DNA of 63,292 bases, counting the filler, from Atractiella rhizophila (Eukaryota): assembly GCA_021432655.1 (NCBI GenBank). It is 4 parts of 4 records of this genome, joined end to end, with 100 filler letters (N's around TTAATTAATTAA, not from the genome) between each part and the next. Parts side by side here need not be neighbours in the genome. Positions count along the whole stretch, not along the records: positions 28,776 to 50,026 come from MU271201.1; 3 more parts are not named here. The stretch is one strand, 5' to 3'. The notes beneath the pieces are model-generated. The model worked only from the letters and a program-made list of their open reading frames with translations, was not told where the DNA came from and did not search any database. The position numbers were made by a program, and so were the translations under genes. Numbering within the stretch: position 1 is the first letter of the stretch; each line of letters starts with the position of its first letter. Of this stretch, positions 37,097-50,126 are shown one piece after another.

Positions 37097-38427
37097 ACAC
37101 TCACTTTATTTCAGTTCTTCTAGTTTTCACCACAAATGATTGCCAGACGTAGTTTAGCTTAATCTTGCTTCAAGTACCAATTCAATCCTGTATCTGTCTT
37201 GAGCAATTGAATACCGAAGTGCCTAATATGGGAAAACGTCCTTCAAGTTCCTGTTAGAGTGGTGCATTCAAACTGTGGCAAGTGTGGCTGTGCAATAAAT
37301 ATCCGACGCTTCCTACCAAACAATGACAACAGACTCCGCTCACCCTTCGTTCTCTTTGAGTCTTTCCCTAGATCTCAGGTATGCTAGATATTCTCACAGC
37401 AATTGCTGTACTTCGGGCTCTGCTGTCTTGAACAAAATCGCTGACCTTTGAAGAAGGGCAGGATGCCGGAGAAGATGCTGGAGTGCTGCTTAGAGTTGGT
37501 TCAGGTTGTGTTAGTGAACGACAAACAAGGAAGAGAGTTTGGCTGCAACTTATAGAAGTGGGTTATCTGTTGATATGCTCTGAGCTAGTGCGTTCGTTCG
37601 TGGTTGGTGGCAATCAAAGGTGGTACGCAAACTTATTCCAATGTCGTGGTTCGGATCTGTTATCCGCAGAATTTTGAAGCTATGAAGTACGCGCACGAAC
37701 TACGGTATGCCAGAGACGCGTCCAAACGCGTTGAACTAAGCTCATCCATCAACGAATTATCTGTTTGTGCAGCGCGGAAATCGCATATAATGACACGATG
37801 CAGGATGGAGTTCTGTGGATTAATAGTGGCACATTAATGGAAAACAGGATCCGATTGTGTCCTCTTGTCTGCCTCTTTCCGCCACCTTCATTAGTACCTC
37901 AAGGGTGATTGGCATTCAAGTGATTTCAGCGGTCAAGGAACGTTCAATATTCGACTCAAGCATTCAATGGCAGAATAAGTCAGACTTGAAATAGAGCAGA
38001 AGGTGTGGATACCGCATATGCATTGGGCCTGAACAGGCGGTTTCTTCTCATCCAGTTGAGCAGAGATATATGAACGACAAATTGCCCATGTTGACTCTCG
38101 AAGCCCGGGTCTGCTGACCTGAATTTTGTTGCAATGCTGTTTGACCAAAAGGCTTGAAGGTTTTCAAATACTCATCGTAAATTGTGCCCATGCAGCGTTA
38201 ACGCTGCTCTGGCAATGGTAATGGTAATGGCATAGGCTTATTGTGTTGCCTCGGTGCCTCTCGGAGCCCGAACTCGGCTCTCAGATTCAACGGCCCGCCG
38301 TTTCTCCTTCAAATACGAGCCCTGCTCATTGCTTTTCGGTTGCTCAAACGGTCAGACACATCACATTACAAAGCGAACGGCCTTTGCGCGCACGCGGAGG
38401 AAAGCTTGACTCAGGCATTCGGCCGTC

Positions 38428-39540
38428 ATGGCCCGTCTTACTCATCTCTTCATGTTACAAAGACGGATGTTTTCTTCTGCCATCGCCCTGAAACGACCAA
38501 CCATGGCAGCCACTCTCACGCAGAACCTCAATGAGGTGTTGATTCCTAGAGGAGCCAAAGTGGGGGACAAGGAGATCCCACTGGAACTAACAGTCTTCTC
38601 AGATCCCATCTGTCCATTTTGTTACATCGGTTACAAGAACCTCATTTCTGCTGTAAAGCTAGTGAAGGAGAAGGGCCTCCCATTAGCTTTTAACATAAAG
38701 TATGAAGCGTTCCAGCTGGATCCGACACTCAGGTAAGAGGTGTCTCTACGTAGCAAATTAGTATTGATAGACTAGGCAGTGACGATGAACCGGTGGAGAA
38801 GAGAGCGAGATATGCTGAAAAGTTCGGGCAGGAGAGAGCAAAATTGATGGAGCAGTCGATGATTGAACGAGGGAAGAAGGTCGGGATCAACTTCAATTAT
38901 GATGGCATGAGTGCGCTTGTTCTGCTTTGACTAATTCTTATGTTCACTAACGGGTTCTGCTTCATGAAGCACGACAAACTACTCGCGCTCAAAGGTTATT
39001 GCAAAAAGCAGCAGCATCAGACAAGCATTGTATGCAACATGCTGTGCTGGAGAGACTTTTCAAAGGTTACTTTGAGGAAGCCAAAGGTGCGACATCTTTT
39101 TTCTGCCTCACGTTTATCAACCATGGCGCACAGATATTGGAAGCCTGGATTTCCTTTCCGACGTTGCAGAAAACGCTGGGTTGATGTCGAAACAGGAGGT
39201 ATTGCACTTCTGTTCAGCTCGTTTGGATCACTAACCATGACCACAACTCAGGCACTCGACTTCCTGAAAACAGACGAGATGCTCGACGTCGTTAAAGCGG
39301 CTATTAACACCAGTCGCAAGCTTCAAATTCAAGGCGTTCCTTTTACGATCGTAGCTAGCATGTTCGGCATTTCTGGAGCGCAAGAGCCTGAGAGATTCCT
39401 CGAGGTATGCTTGCTCCCACCTTAAAAGCAAGAACTTGATGGCTGCAATGTCGTAGATTTTCGAAAAAGTTTATAATATGGCAGAGGAGAACGGGATGAT
39501 CGAACAGTGGAAGGCGCAGTACGACTCGAAACAGTCATGA
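38428..39540 (+). CDS. DsbA-like thioredoxin (FrnE type)
   Basis: FSDPICPFCYIGY (CPFC), AFQLDP, QIQGVPF, ISGAQEPERF. Alternative ATG at 38503. Confidence 0.88.
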
Positions 39541-39869
39541 AGTTTACGTGACTGCAGCAGTCTGGGCTAGTGAGTTGAAGGCACGGTAATTTGTATATTA
39601 TTGCTTGGAACGGATGATGCATACCATTTCGATGATCGTGAAATTCGTATGTATTGATTAATACATTTTAAGTGAGGACGAGCGGTTATGGAAAAGGAAA
39701 CAGCACAGAACATTTGGTCCGAAGGTGGGAATGAAAATGAGAAGTCCAATTAACCTTCATGGGAATACACAACAGGAATAACTCAAAGGCGACGATATGC
39801 TTTACGGGGAATTGGCGCTGCAGTGGAACGAAAGGAACAGTTGTCGAAATCCGTGGTTGAAAAATGTTA

Positions 39870-42250
39870 TCCTACCCAACTCGCATCAGCTGGAAAACAC
39901 AACTGAGGTAGAAACGAACAAAAAATTCCAGCTGTTGACATGTTCTTTGCCAGGATATAATCCGCAATACAGGTGATGGTGAGAGAAACCTGCAGTGTTG
40001 CTCAGCCAAACAGGCTGGAATAAAGGAACAACTTACCAGCTGGGTGTCAATCGCAGAGATTCGATGGCAATGCATGGACAATCGCTGTCTGTTTGCTGCC
40101 TTGAATCTTTTAACGAGCCAATCAATTACCTCTGTTGCGTCGTCCTCCCCTACAAGAATAAACAAAGCCTTAATTAGCCCTCAAATCAAGAGGATAAGGA
40201 GAACATGGCTGACCAGGATATTGAGGTACATATTGCTTAAAGCTCACAAAGCGCAATTTGCGCTTCAAAAGGTCTACTTTATTTAAAAGCAAGATAACAA
40301 CCGTATCCTTGAACCAGCGAGAATTGGCGATGGCGTCGAAGAGACCAAATGTCTCATCCAGACGGTTCTGAGAAGGCATCAGCAATCAAAATGAGGTCAG
40401 AATAAAATGCAAACAGCTGTCTCGTCCTCAAGAAGGAATTGGTCGTACTGATAATACCGGCGGTAAGTAAAAAAAGTTCCAATTAAACAGATTGAATGGC
40501 ATACTTCGATCAAAGAAACAAAAAATGCCACCACATGAACCTCTTCAAAGAGATGAATCCACTTCTTCCTTTCAGCTCTTTGGCCGCCGACGTCGTACAT
40601 CCTGGATGCGCAAAGGCTCTTATCACACAACGGAACACAAGAGGTCATAACCTACAAGAAAGTGACTCCGGCAGTAGTGAATGAGGTTTCTGTCGCTCCT
40701 TCTGTCTTATACCGCATGTGTAGGATATCCGAGTCTGAAGGTCGATAGTAGTAGGCACCGATGCGATGGGCGTTGGATACGAAGCTAACACAACGTGAAT
40801 ACTAATAAAGGTTGATGAGGATGAAGGAAGCACATACTGAGCCCAGTTGTTCATCAGATAGAAATGAGGCTGCCATTTCAATACTCCTTCGATAAGCTTC
40901 TCATTGTCCCACAAACATTTGATGATGGTTAAAATCTCAGTGGGTATCCTTCGTTCGGAAGGACAAGCCCAGCATTCCTCCTCTCTTGTATAAACTGGCT
41001 TCTTGGTCTTCTTCACCGCCTTACGCTTTGAACCGCCAGTTGCGGAAAAGAAGCCTTCCCAGAACTTATCGCTCGTCTTCTCCCTCTCCCTCACTCTGAT
41101 CGCTCGCGCGTGAAACTCCTCCTTCAACTCCTTCCTATCGATGCTGGACAGCGCGCCGTACTTCGCTTCAGAGACGTAGGTCGTCGAGATACTAGCATCC
41201 GTTCCGTTCGTGATGAGCGAAGCCGCCGAATCGAAGCTTGCGATCTGCCAATCCGCTGTTCTGGTCGTCGCTCTACTCGAGACAGTGGTCGCCCCTGGAG
41301 AGGGCGGTCGTGGAGGTCTCCTAGGAGAAGTGAAGGCGTTTGCGTCCCATGCTCCTTTGACAAAATCCAAAGTGAGGTTGGAGGGATCCCACTCATTCAG
41401 TCCAAGCAGATTCCTCATGTCTTGAACGGCGAAAGCCCGCTCCAACATCCGTCGATAATCGAAATCCTCTCCGTTTCGTGCTTTGAAATCTCTCGCGCGC
41501 GCTTTTTTTGCGTTCCCTTCTGGTGTAAGGAAGGGCCGATAGACGGTCTGAACGCGTGAGCGGAGAGTCGGGGTGATGGGGGTCGGCACTGGATATGATT
41601 TCGAATGGTATCCTTCGTTTGGAGGTGTTGGTAGTTGGGGAGAGGAGGAGTAGGGGTTGATTCTATCAGGATTGAGACGGTAAGGCGACGGTAGGGTTGG
41701 TGGGAGTGGTGGAGAGTCTTTGGGACGGGGAAGGGAGAAGGAGATGAGACGCATGAGCTGGTCCTGGAGCGAACTCGCATCAACATTCAGCAAGACAAGG
41801 GAGTGAGAGGCAGTACCCGCTCTTTGGGCGATAACCCCACTTCGACATCAACCTGGAAAGCGATGATTGCGAATGCGATACGTTGGACTGAGTCGATGAG
41901 ATTCTCGTAAATTTTTCCACGGAAGAAGAGGCGTTCGGTGTCGCTGATGCCTATTCTCTTCCAAGTCACACCTAGAAGGGGAATAATAAGATGGCTGACC
42001 ATTGCCATGCAAGATGCTCATCTGTCGCATAAACGTTGACTTGCCGCTCTCTCCAGCGCCTAATCGACAAGAGATCAGTGAATCGACGAACGGAAGACTG
42101 AGAGATGAGCCCACCCAGCAGAAGCATCTTCACCTTCCTCGTCTTCTTCCCTCCATTCTTGTAGTCCGAATTCTCCCACCTGACTTTTGTGTTGGAATAG
42201 TCCGCGTAATTCGAGCTCTCAGGTGAATAGAGCAAGTCAGAGTACTCCAT
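39870..42250 (-). CDS. Atypical heterotrimeric G-protein alpha subunit with a large helical-domain insert
   Basis: G1 [12 protein letters not shown], switch [13 protein letters not shown]3 [13 protein letters not shown]4 NKVD, G5-like SAIDT, C-terminus KNMSTAGIF* (stop split by an intron). Confidence 0.92.
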
Positions 42251-43638
42251 GTCAGTTTCTGCCTTTGTTGGTGGGTGCAGGGCATGGACAAGGGAGGGTA
42301 TGATATATGTAGAGGGAGCAGGAACAAAGGGAGAAGGTCTTTCGCTTTTGCGAACTTCAGCCTGCCTACAGCATTCCGAGATCTGGATCGGATGGGCAAG
42401 ATTGCCTTGACGATTGGGTTGGCTAAAAATTCGAAACAAAGGGAAACTTTGACGTAGCAACGTGGGCGTCGCGCTGACTCCGCGTGGTAGAACTCAACTT
42501 TCTCCGCCCAAGAGGAAGGATGCAAGCAATGTTGAAGGGGAAGACCCAAGGAGAAAGAAGAGTAGACATGGAAGTACCAGGGATTGCCGCGGTGCATAGA
42601 AACGGAATACAGTCAAAGAGATGGATTTCAGCCGAGGGTTCCTCAGTTAAAATAGGCGATCACGCCAAGTTAGGTGTCAAGCAGATTCCTCGAGCAACGA
42701 GATAACAGTCTGGCAACGTGTGCAAAGGTTGCAGGAATCCATTCGTATCAGGACGTGCTCCATTTTTCAGCTCACACACTCACGGATGAGATTTCGACCT
42801 GGGCCTTTGCACATTTCTGAACAAAGGGGTCCATCTCGATCAGGAGACGCCGAGGCTTATTCTTATGATGCTCATTTCTGTTAGTGCTCCCCGCGACGAC
42901 TGCGATCAGAGCCCAAACACGGTTTCCCTGACCAGGTCTGACGCACAGTAGGATTTGAGCAGATTCGAAGCTCCTGAGATACGCAGAAAATAAACAGTTC
43001 TCGAACGACGGCGTACAACTGGAAAACGCATCGCACCTACAGCAAATCCCATGCGATTTCAGTCGCACGCACACTTATGGCTAGATATGGGAAACCGTGC
43101 AGAACCCTTCAAACCAAACGGAAACACAACACATTAATTTGCGCAGCATTCCGACCGCCTCCACAAACCCTGCGCTGCACAAACCTGAATTCACAATCAT
43201 CATTGGACAATAGTGATTGGTCAGGTAAAAGGCCTGGTCCATGACAGGACCCTTATATGTAAGATGGCGCAACCATCCGAAAACGGCGTTGCTTGACTCT
43301 GAACCAAACCCCGGGGGCGGGAAGAATGCAGGAAGAATGCTCCTGCTCCACTTTGTCATGTTCTTTCTCCCTCTTTCATTTATCGTTCATCGAGCTCTTT
43401 TTCGCCGATACGACTTTGTGTGTGCATAATGCCGACGGGCAAATGAGACTTACCGAGTGTTGAGTACGCGGGACTTGAAGGAAAGCGGGAAGAATTACTC
43501 CACTTTAAGTTCTTTCAGTGCAGCACCCACCGTCGAACCTCAATATCAATATCGATGCACTCCGGTTCACTTACATTTCTTTTTCATTTCCTCATGCCCG
43601 ATGCGGTCATTGGTTAGCTAGCTGTCCTTCTTTGGGTC

Positions 43639-43646
43639 TATAAAAA
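43639..43646 (+). promoter_or_regulatory. TATA box of the aldo-keto reductase gene
   Basis: TATAAAAA about 80 nt upstream of the ATG at 43724. Confidence 0.5.
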
Positions 43647-43723
43647 CCGCTCTCAGCTCAGTGTTTCTCTCTTGTGACGAGGAAGATATCTAGCAAGACA
43701 GCAACAAAGTAGTTAACCAGGAA

Positions 43724-45242
43724 ATGGCAGGCACGAACCCCTTGAGAAAGCTCGGAAAGAATGGACCAAGAAGTTCGTCACAGCCTTTCTCCTCTACTAG
43801 ATTCTGGTGTCGCAATTCATCACTTGTGAACAGTACCTGCCCTCGGGTTTGGCGCGATGGGTCTCTCTGTCGCCTATGGTGCTGTCCCAGCAGACGAGGA
43901 ACGGGTTGCTCTCCTCAAGAAAGTGCGTCCCTCAACTCTCGTTGGAGTCTATATCCTCATGTATTTTGGTATTTTGTGCTGGAAAAGGTTCTCGATTCTG
44001 GAACGAGGCATATAGACACAGCTGCCGTATATGGCGATAGCGAGTCTCTTCTCGGCAAAGTGTTCAACGAAGCGGGATGGAGAGAGAAAGCGTTCATCGC
44101 AACCAAGTTTGGCTTGACATACGATCCCACCACTTGGACGGCGAAGGTAAAGGGAAGGAAGGAGGACGTGAAAGCGTCTCTGGAGAATTCGCTGAAGCTT
44201 TTAGCCGTGGACAGCGTTGACTTGTTCTACCAACACCGGGTGCGTCGCTTTCATTGATGACCAGCAGCATATAATGAGTTGCTCCGATCTCTAGGTCGAT
44301 AGGTCGGTCACCATAGAGGAAACATGGCTAGCGTTGGCGGAGCTGCAGAAGGAAGGAAAGGTCAAGTATCTGGGTATCAGCGAAGCGTCAGCTGAGGAGA
44401 TACGCAAGGCGCATAAAGTCGCGCCGATCAGCGCTTTGCAGATCGAGGTGCGTGTGTACCGCTTGTGCTTTAATTCGCTGTGCGAGAACTGATTTGTTGG
44501 CGAAGTTCTCACCATGGTCTACGGAGATTAGGGAGAATGGTATGCGCGCCTACTATGACAGTTGGAAGGCGTTCACCGATGAATATAGGTATACTGGAAA
44601 CCTGTAGAGAATTGGGCATCGCCATAGTTGCCTACTCGCCTCTCGGAAGAGGTACGCCACCGTTTCCATGCTACGTACCAACCATTTCTGATAAAACTCC
44701 CAACACGAAAAGGCTTCCTCACTGGCGCGTTTAAAACGCCTGACGATCTTGATGCGGATGACTGGAGGCGTACGAACCCACGCTTCCAAGGAGAGGCGTT
44801 CTACCAAGTCTGCCATTCACCTTTGTTCCTGAACATGACCAACTTGAGGCGAACAGAACTTGAAACTCGTAGAAGAGATCAAAGCCATCGCGGAAAAGAA
44901 GGGATGCAAGCCTTCACAGCTGTGCCTTGCTTGGGTGCTTGCCCAAGGAGATGAGTCTGTTTCCTAGTCTTCTCCAGCTAGTTGCGGCAACTGAACGTAT
45001 ACCAGCTTCTTTGCGATTCCCGGAACCAAGAAACAAAAGTATTTCGAAGAGAATCTTGGCGCATTGAACGTTATCTTATCAGAGGATGAAATCAAAGAGA
45101 TTGAGAGCGCGATTTCAAGATGTCAAGTTATCGGAGAGAGGTAAGTCCTTCAATTGACGTTCTGCTCTGTGAGATAGCATGACCTAATGTCTTTCTTGAA
45201 ATTAGATATCCAGAAAGCCAGCAAGCTTTGCTTGCCTCCTGA
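43724..45242 (+). CDS. Aldo-keto reductase (YakC/AKR13-like)
   Basis: [78 protein letters not shown]. Confidence 0.95.
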
Positions 45243-45754
45243 GATGAGGCAGCAGAGGGTATAAGTGATTGGTGACACTAGTTATTCATCCAAAGTCCAG
45301 ATCCGTGGAAATATAGTTTTCAAACAATCCTGAGAGCGGCAAAATATGATCACTTGAAGGATTCACCACCCTCTTCCGCTTCCCCCAGGCTTTATAGCGA
45401 CTTGAGAGTAGTGACCACGAACAAGAAGTGACACGCTGGGTACGCTTAGGATGATACTCGGTATCCGCTGTCTCTGTTAGTGGGGGGGCGCTCAACCCGT
45501 CCAAGTATGTGCAGCAATTCAGCATAACCAAGAAAAATTATTGGATACGTTGGGTGCAGCTGGTTAAGTGGAACAACAATCAGACCTTGACGGATGGAAT
45601 AAGATCGTCTGCCTGTCTCATATTTTAGCGGTTTACCTACGGGAATAAGCGAAAACAGACAAAATAGTACGGAGCGACACTTTTACAGTTCTCCAATTCG
45701 ACAAAAGTGCCATGAATGTGGTGCAATATTTGTTCCAGGGGACCAAGGTGTTTC

Positions 45755-47545
45755 TCAAGTAGTTTCTACAGTAATGTCAGCCTTTGAATTGAAGAAAGAA
45801 TTCTTCCAAACCTTCTGTCCCTCATCAATCTCGTCCCATCGCTGGCTTAACCTCCTTTCTCGCCGCGCAATCTTGTCCTTAACGCTAACAATCCTAATAC
45901 GGAAGAGATCGATCATTGAATCTTGAACCTCAAGTATGTCTCTTATCTCTTGCTCGAAAAACGCTTTCCGATTTCCCTTCTCTACAGCTTTTGTGGATAG
46001 TTGACGCCTGGATGCTGCCACAGTGCTACTACTCGAATGGCACAGAGAAAGTGCTGGTAAAATCTGTCGATGTTGGCCTTTTGGTTCTTTCGTAGAGAGA
46101 TCTGTAGGAAAGCGGTCTTGCGTGATAGGACCTTCTTCAGGATTTTGAGGCAGATTCGACAAAGAAGTTTTCTCTGTTTCAACAGATGACACTGGGATCT
46201 GCATCGGGAGTGGGAAAAGCTGTCGTTCTGTCGTAACAACCGATGGAGATGCACCATTGAGGATTAAAGGTGGTGGTGGTGGAGGCTTCTGAATGTCCTT
46301 TTGGTTCTCACTCGTTGAATAAGTTATCAAGGTTGGAGTAGAAATAATGCGCACAATCGGTGGTCGCGATATTGTCGGAGGTGTGGCTGGAGGCACGATT
46401 GCTGCGTTATCAGGAGAAGGACGAGAGCTGATAGAGGGGCCTGCTGCTCGCATCGCTGCTGCGGAGGTAACTCTGGTCGTGGGAGTTGAAGCGGAACGTC
46501 CTTTGCGGTGCATAGAACCCTTGAACTTTGGCACCGCGAGAAGATTGGATGACGAGGTCGGTTTGGTTGTTGTAGAATGACCAATGGACATAGGTTGAGG
46601 CTGAGATTGATTCAGCGAATGATACCTCAGCAAGTGAAGGTCTTCTCTCAGACGATCCATCTGCGTCCTCAATTCCATCTCGCGTTCTTTCCTCTTCTTC
46701 TCCCTTCCCTGCTGGTGCTCCGCCTGTTCTCGACGCCGTTGATCTTCATCTCTCTCTCTTTCCTCCGCAAGCGAACGACGGATCTGTGATTCCACAGAGC
46801 GAGCAATTGATTTCGCTCTCGCGTCGTCGAGAGACTCCTTTACACTCCTGGGGTATTCGTTCCGTGACAGTTTCCCCTCCTTCTCTGATGGTGTCCATCC
46901 GTGCTCTTCTTTCGACGCCACTTTTCGCTCTCTCGATTGGTTAAGGGAGGAAGGAGCATTGTCAAAGAGCATGCTGTCGGTAATTTCGAGTAGATACGGC
47001 TTGGATGGTAGTACTGATGGTAGAGCAGCGAGCTTAGCTGATGCCTGCGCTGCGTTAGCGGAGTGAGACGGCGAATTGGAGGAAAGGGAGCAGCGTTTGA
47101 AGGGACTCGCCTTACTGTCATGGCTGCACGAAGTATGCAGGGAAGAAACCATTCGAAAACGTTGTGAGGATCCTCTGCCTTGGACGTGATTGCGTTCGAG
47201 CGTCTGAACGTCTGGAAAGCGAGCTTCGAAACTCCTTTTCATTACATCCACATCCACATCGTCCTCTGATCTCTGATTCCAACGAATACCCAAGGTACTC
47301 TGTGCTCGTTTTACCTTCCCATCATCCCTAGCTGATGGAATCGCCGACCTTATACGCGTTCGGTTCACAAGTGGAGTGGAGGGTTCGTTGATTTCAGTGC
47401 CATCGAGACAGGGTGGCTTCGGCGGCGTATAAATATATTCGAGCTCCTGAGACAGAATTGCGTTCTTCCGATCTGCAGACATCGGAACTGTGGAAGTCAT
47501 GGAGAAAAAACGGTTGGCTTCGGTTGTCTGGTTCGGAGGAGGCAT
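45755..47545 (-). CDS. Hypothetical low-complexity/coiled-coil protein
   Basis: Uninterrupted ~600-aa ORF, S/P-rich, with two charged helical segments. ATG at 47545. No recognised domain. Confidence 0.6.
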   Translation of the reverse strand: MPPPNQTTEANRFFSMTSTVPMSADRKNAILSQELEYIYTPPKPPCLDGTEINEPSTPLVNRTRIRSAIPSARDDGKVKRAQSTLGIRWNQRSEDDVDVDVMKRSFEARFPDVQTLERNHVQGRGSSQRFRMVSSLHTSCSHDSKASPFKRCSLSSNSPSHSANAAQASAKLAALPSVLPSKPYLLEITDSMLFDNAPSSLNQSRERKVASKEEHGWTPSEKEGKLSRNEYPRSVKESLDDARAKSIARSVESQIRRSLAEERERDEDQRRREQAEHQQGREKKRKEREMELRTQMDRLREDLHLLRYHSLNQSQPQPMSIGHSTTTKPTSSSNLLAVPKFKGSMHRKGRSASTPTTRVTSAAAMRAAGPSISSRPSPDNAAIVPPATPPTISRPPIVRIISTPTLITYSTSENQKDIQKPPPPPPLILNGASPSVVTTERQLFPLPMQIPVSSVETEKTSLSNLPQNPEEGPITQDRFPTDLSTKEPKGQHRQILPALSLCHSSSSTVAASRRQLSTKAVEKGNRKAFFEQEIRDILEVQDSMIDLFRIRIVSVKDKIARRERRLSQRWDEIDEGQKVWKNSFFNSKADITVETT

Positions 47546-48928
47546 CTTGGTTGTTCTAGAGGACCAATGGATGACGCCGCCAGAAGAGAGTGTGAAGTAA
47601 TGGTGGTTACAACGACTTCCCAAAAAGGCGGGAGCGTAGAAAAGGGGTCGTCCCGTCGGTTCCTCGGTAACTTTGCTGCCGTCTTTCCAGGACTATTGTT
47701 TCGCGCATCTTCATGAACGTCCATTATAATGACTATGGCCCATTTGCTTTCTCAACCACAGTATTTCTCTCAGCTTTACTGGTGAGATTCATAACACATA
47801 CGGTTCCAAAAATCTGCCACGTGCATTCGTACTTGAAACAAAAAAAACACATGGGAGTGTAACCGGTATCGATATCGAAACTTAACAAGGAGGCCCGTGA
47901 CAAGAACCATCGTATAAAAGCGGCAGTCTCCTCGACCTCGTCAACAAACTTCCCCAGCCTGCACCACAAGTATGCTGCCCATTCATAATCCCTCACTTGG
48001 ATGGACCCCTCAAGCCAATCTATTTATCGATGGCACCAGTGAAATCGCGAGAGAGATGACCAAAAATCAAGACAAAGCAGAGAAGATCGCTCTCCTCGTT
48101 TGTTATCTTTCTTTGATCATTATGGTAATATTAGGAAATGTGAACGAATACTTTCGTGAGTTGTCCTGAGTGAATGATGAACGCTCTCCTAATGCATAAT
48201 CGTGTACCTAGGTAACAGACGATTGTTGGCTCAGCAGAGGCAGCAAGATCTGCTGGATACGAAGAAGGAGGCGTAATGATCAGGTCTAGTCAAGTAAGTA
48301 CTTGCTTTGTTTCTGTGCAGGTATTGACTGTATCTCACAGTCACTTAACGGACGATAACCAGATTGCCCAACAAGAAAGCGAAAAGAGAAGCAAAGTAGA
48401 GTGGAATACGAGGCGGAGATTAAGGAAGATTGTTATGGGGTACGGCATTCAAATATATTTAGCCGCACCATTTCTTTCTGAGGAAACAAGCCCATGCAAT
48501 AAAATCTGACTTTGGGGCCAACTGGTCACATTTTCGTAGTTCATCCGTATTGTTAAGAACTAGGATGTTATCAAAACACCTTTCCCCTTCCATGAATCTC
48601 ACAAAGCTTTCCAGTTGGTCTTTCTGCCAATGACCATTGTGCGTGAGACATATGCATAAGACACATGTGCTTTGGATCTGAGTCAGGTGCCAGGTGAAAC
48701 CTCCGTCGCTTGTCTTTCCACATCAACCAAGCTATTCTCCTGAATCTGGCAAAGAAACAAAGAAAGGAGCAGAAACACAAGCATCAGACATAAATCAAGT
48801 GTTCTACCAGTTACACCTTCATAAAAGGCGGCCAATGTGAAGGAGAATAGCAGAAAATCGATATCTTTCCGATACCTCAAAGCGCGCTTAGCTCCAGGAA
48901 ATTGCAAGCCAGAGCAACACAATCCTGG

Positions 48929-49735
48929 AATGTCTGACTCCGATCAACCTCCTCAGCAGGAGGAATCTCAACCATTGTTGTCATTGATAAGAGTGCCTCT
49001 CCGGCGTGAAGGCGCTTCCTACGGATTCGTGCCCCAATATGGCAAGTCTCTATCTCCGCTTAGTAAGGTAAACTAACCTATTAAAACCAACATAGGGCGT
49101 GTTCCTATTCTTCTTGACGACGGACTTGCTCCAGGGACGCCTCTTGAGCAACAAACGGCACCGGGATGGGAGCAGACTGAGTTTTGGCGATTGGCCACCG
49201 CGCGCGGGGAGAAGGTGCGCCAAAGGATAGTGCGAAGAACTGTTGCTTCCTCAAAGGCGCCTGTCTATCTTGTTCCTCTTTCTCCCATTCCTGAAAGGGG
49301 AGATGAAAGTGATATGACAATTACGCCTGCCAGGATCACTAAGGAAGCGTCTGACGCATCTGACACCACTGTTAGGCCGCACAGGAGGGCAACGTCATGG
49401 GAACACCAGATTGAATTTGATAACAAGGAACAGGCGAATGAGAGGGAAACGAAGAAGAGAAAGGTAGATGACGAAGGGGAGAAGGCAAAGAATGTTCAAG
49501 CACCTTCGAAGTGTGTTTGATGATTGGCACTTGGATAAACAGCCGTCTTGCAATGTGTTTATGTTGGACATCGGCGGATTACAACTGTTCGATTCATGAA
49601 GAAAAGGCTTTTACCAGCCTATTGCTAATCGTCTCTCTTCAACTTTTCATGCAGCCATCAAAATGAGCGCAAGCTGCGCTACTATGGAAGGGAGCACCAG
49701 GTACTGCATAAAGGAGCAGGTTTCCTCATAACATA
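48929..49735 (+). CDS. Possible hypothetical protein
   Basis: The MSDSDQPPQQEE ORF and the 109-aa ORF with basic KKRK can be joined through a short intron. The 3' structure is uncertain. Confidence 0.3.
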
Positions 49736-50026
49736 AACATACAGGTAACCCTAGACCATTTCAATCGGGGTGACAGAAGTGCAGATGAAACCCTAGCAGA
49801 TCTTGGGGTTCAAGTTTGGCTTTTAGAAGAATCGGGCCCATGAGGTAGAATGGGAAATAGGGACTTGCAGGCCCATAGATGCGTTCTAATGCCCACTGCA
49901 ACGAAACCAACATCATGATGTAAAGGCGTACTCATCACTCACGTCCTTCGCCAATCCTCCATTTCGCCCTGTTTCATCTCTTGATCACGTCCTAGACCTC
50001 TAAGGAAGCAAGAACGAGTCCTCTGT

Positions 50027-50126
50027 NNNNNNNNNNNNNNNNNNNNNNNNNNNNNNNNNNNNNNNNNNNNTTAATTAATTAANNNNNNNNNNNNNNNNNN
50101 NNNNNNNNNNNNNNNNNNNNNNNNNN
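50027..50126. other. Artificial 100-nt spacer (44 N + TTAATTAATTAA + 44 N)
   Basis: Same linker as at 28676. Confidence 0.98.

Noticed and set aside
37100..38400. Short ORFs in intergenic stretches (also 42460-43700 and 47700-48900)
   Set aside because: No consistent exon structure, domain, tRNA-like fold or repeat that I could support by eye.
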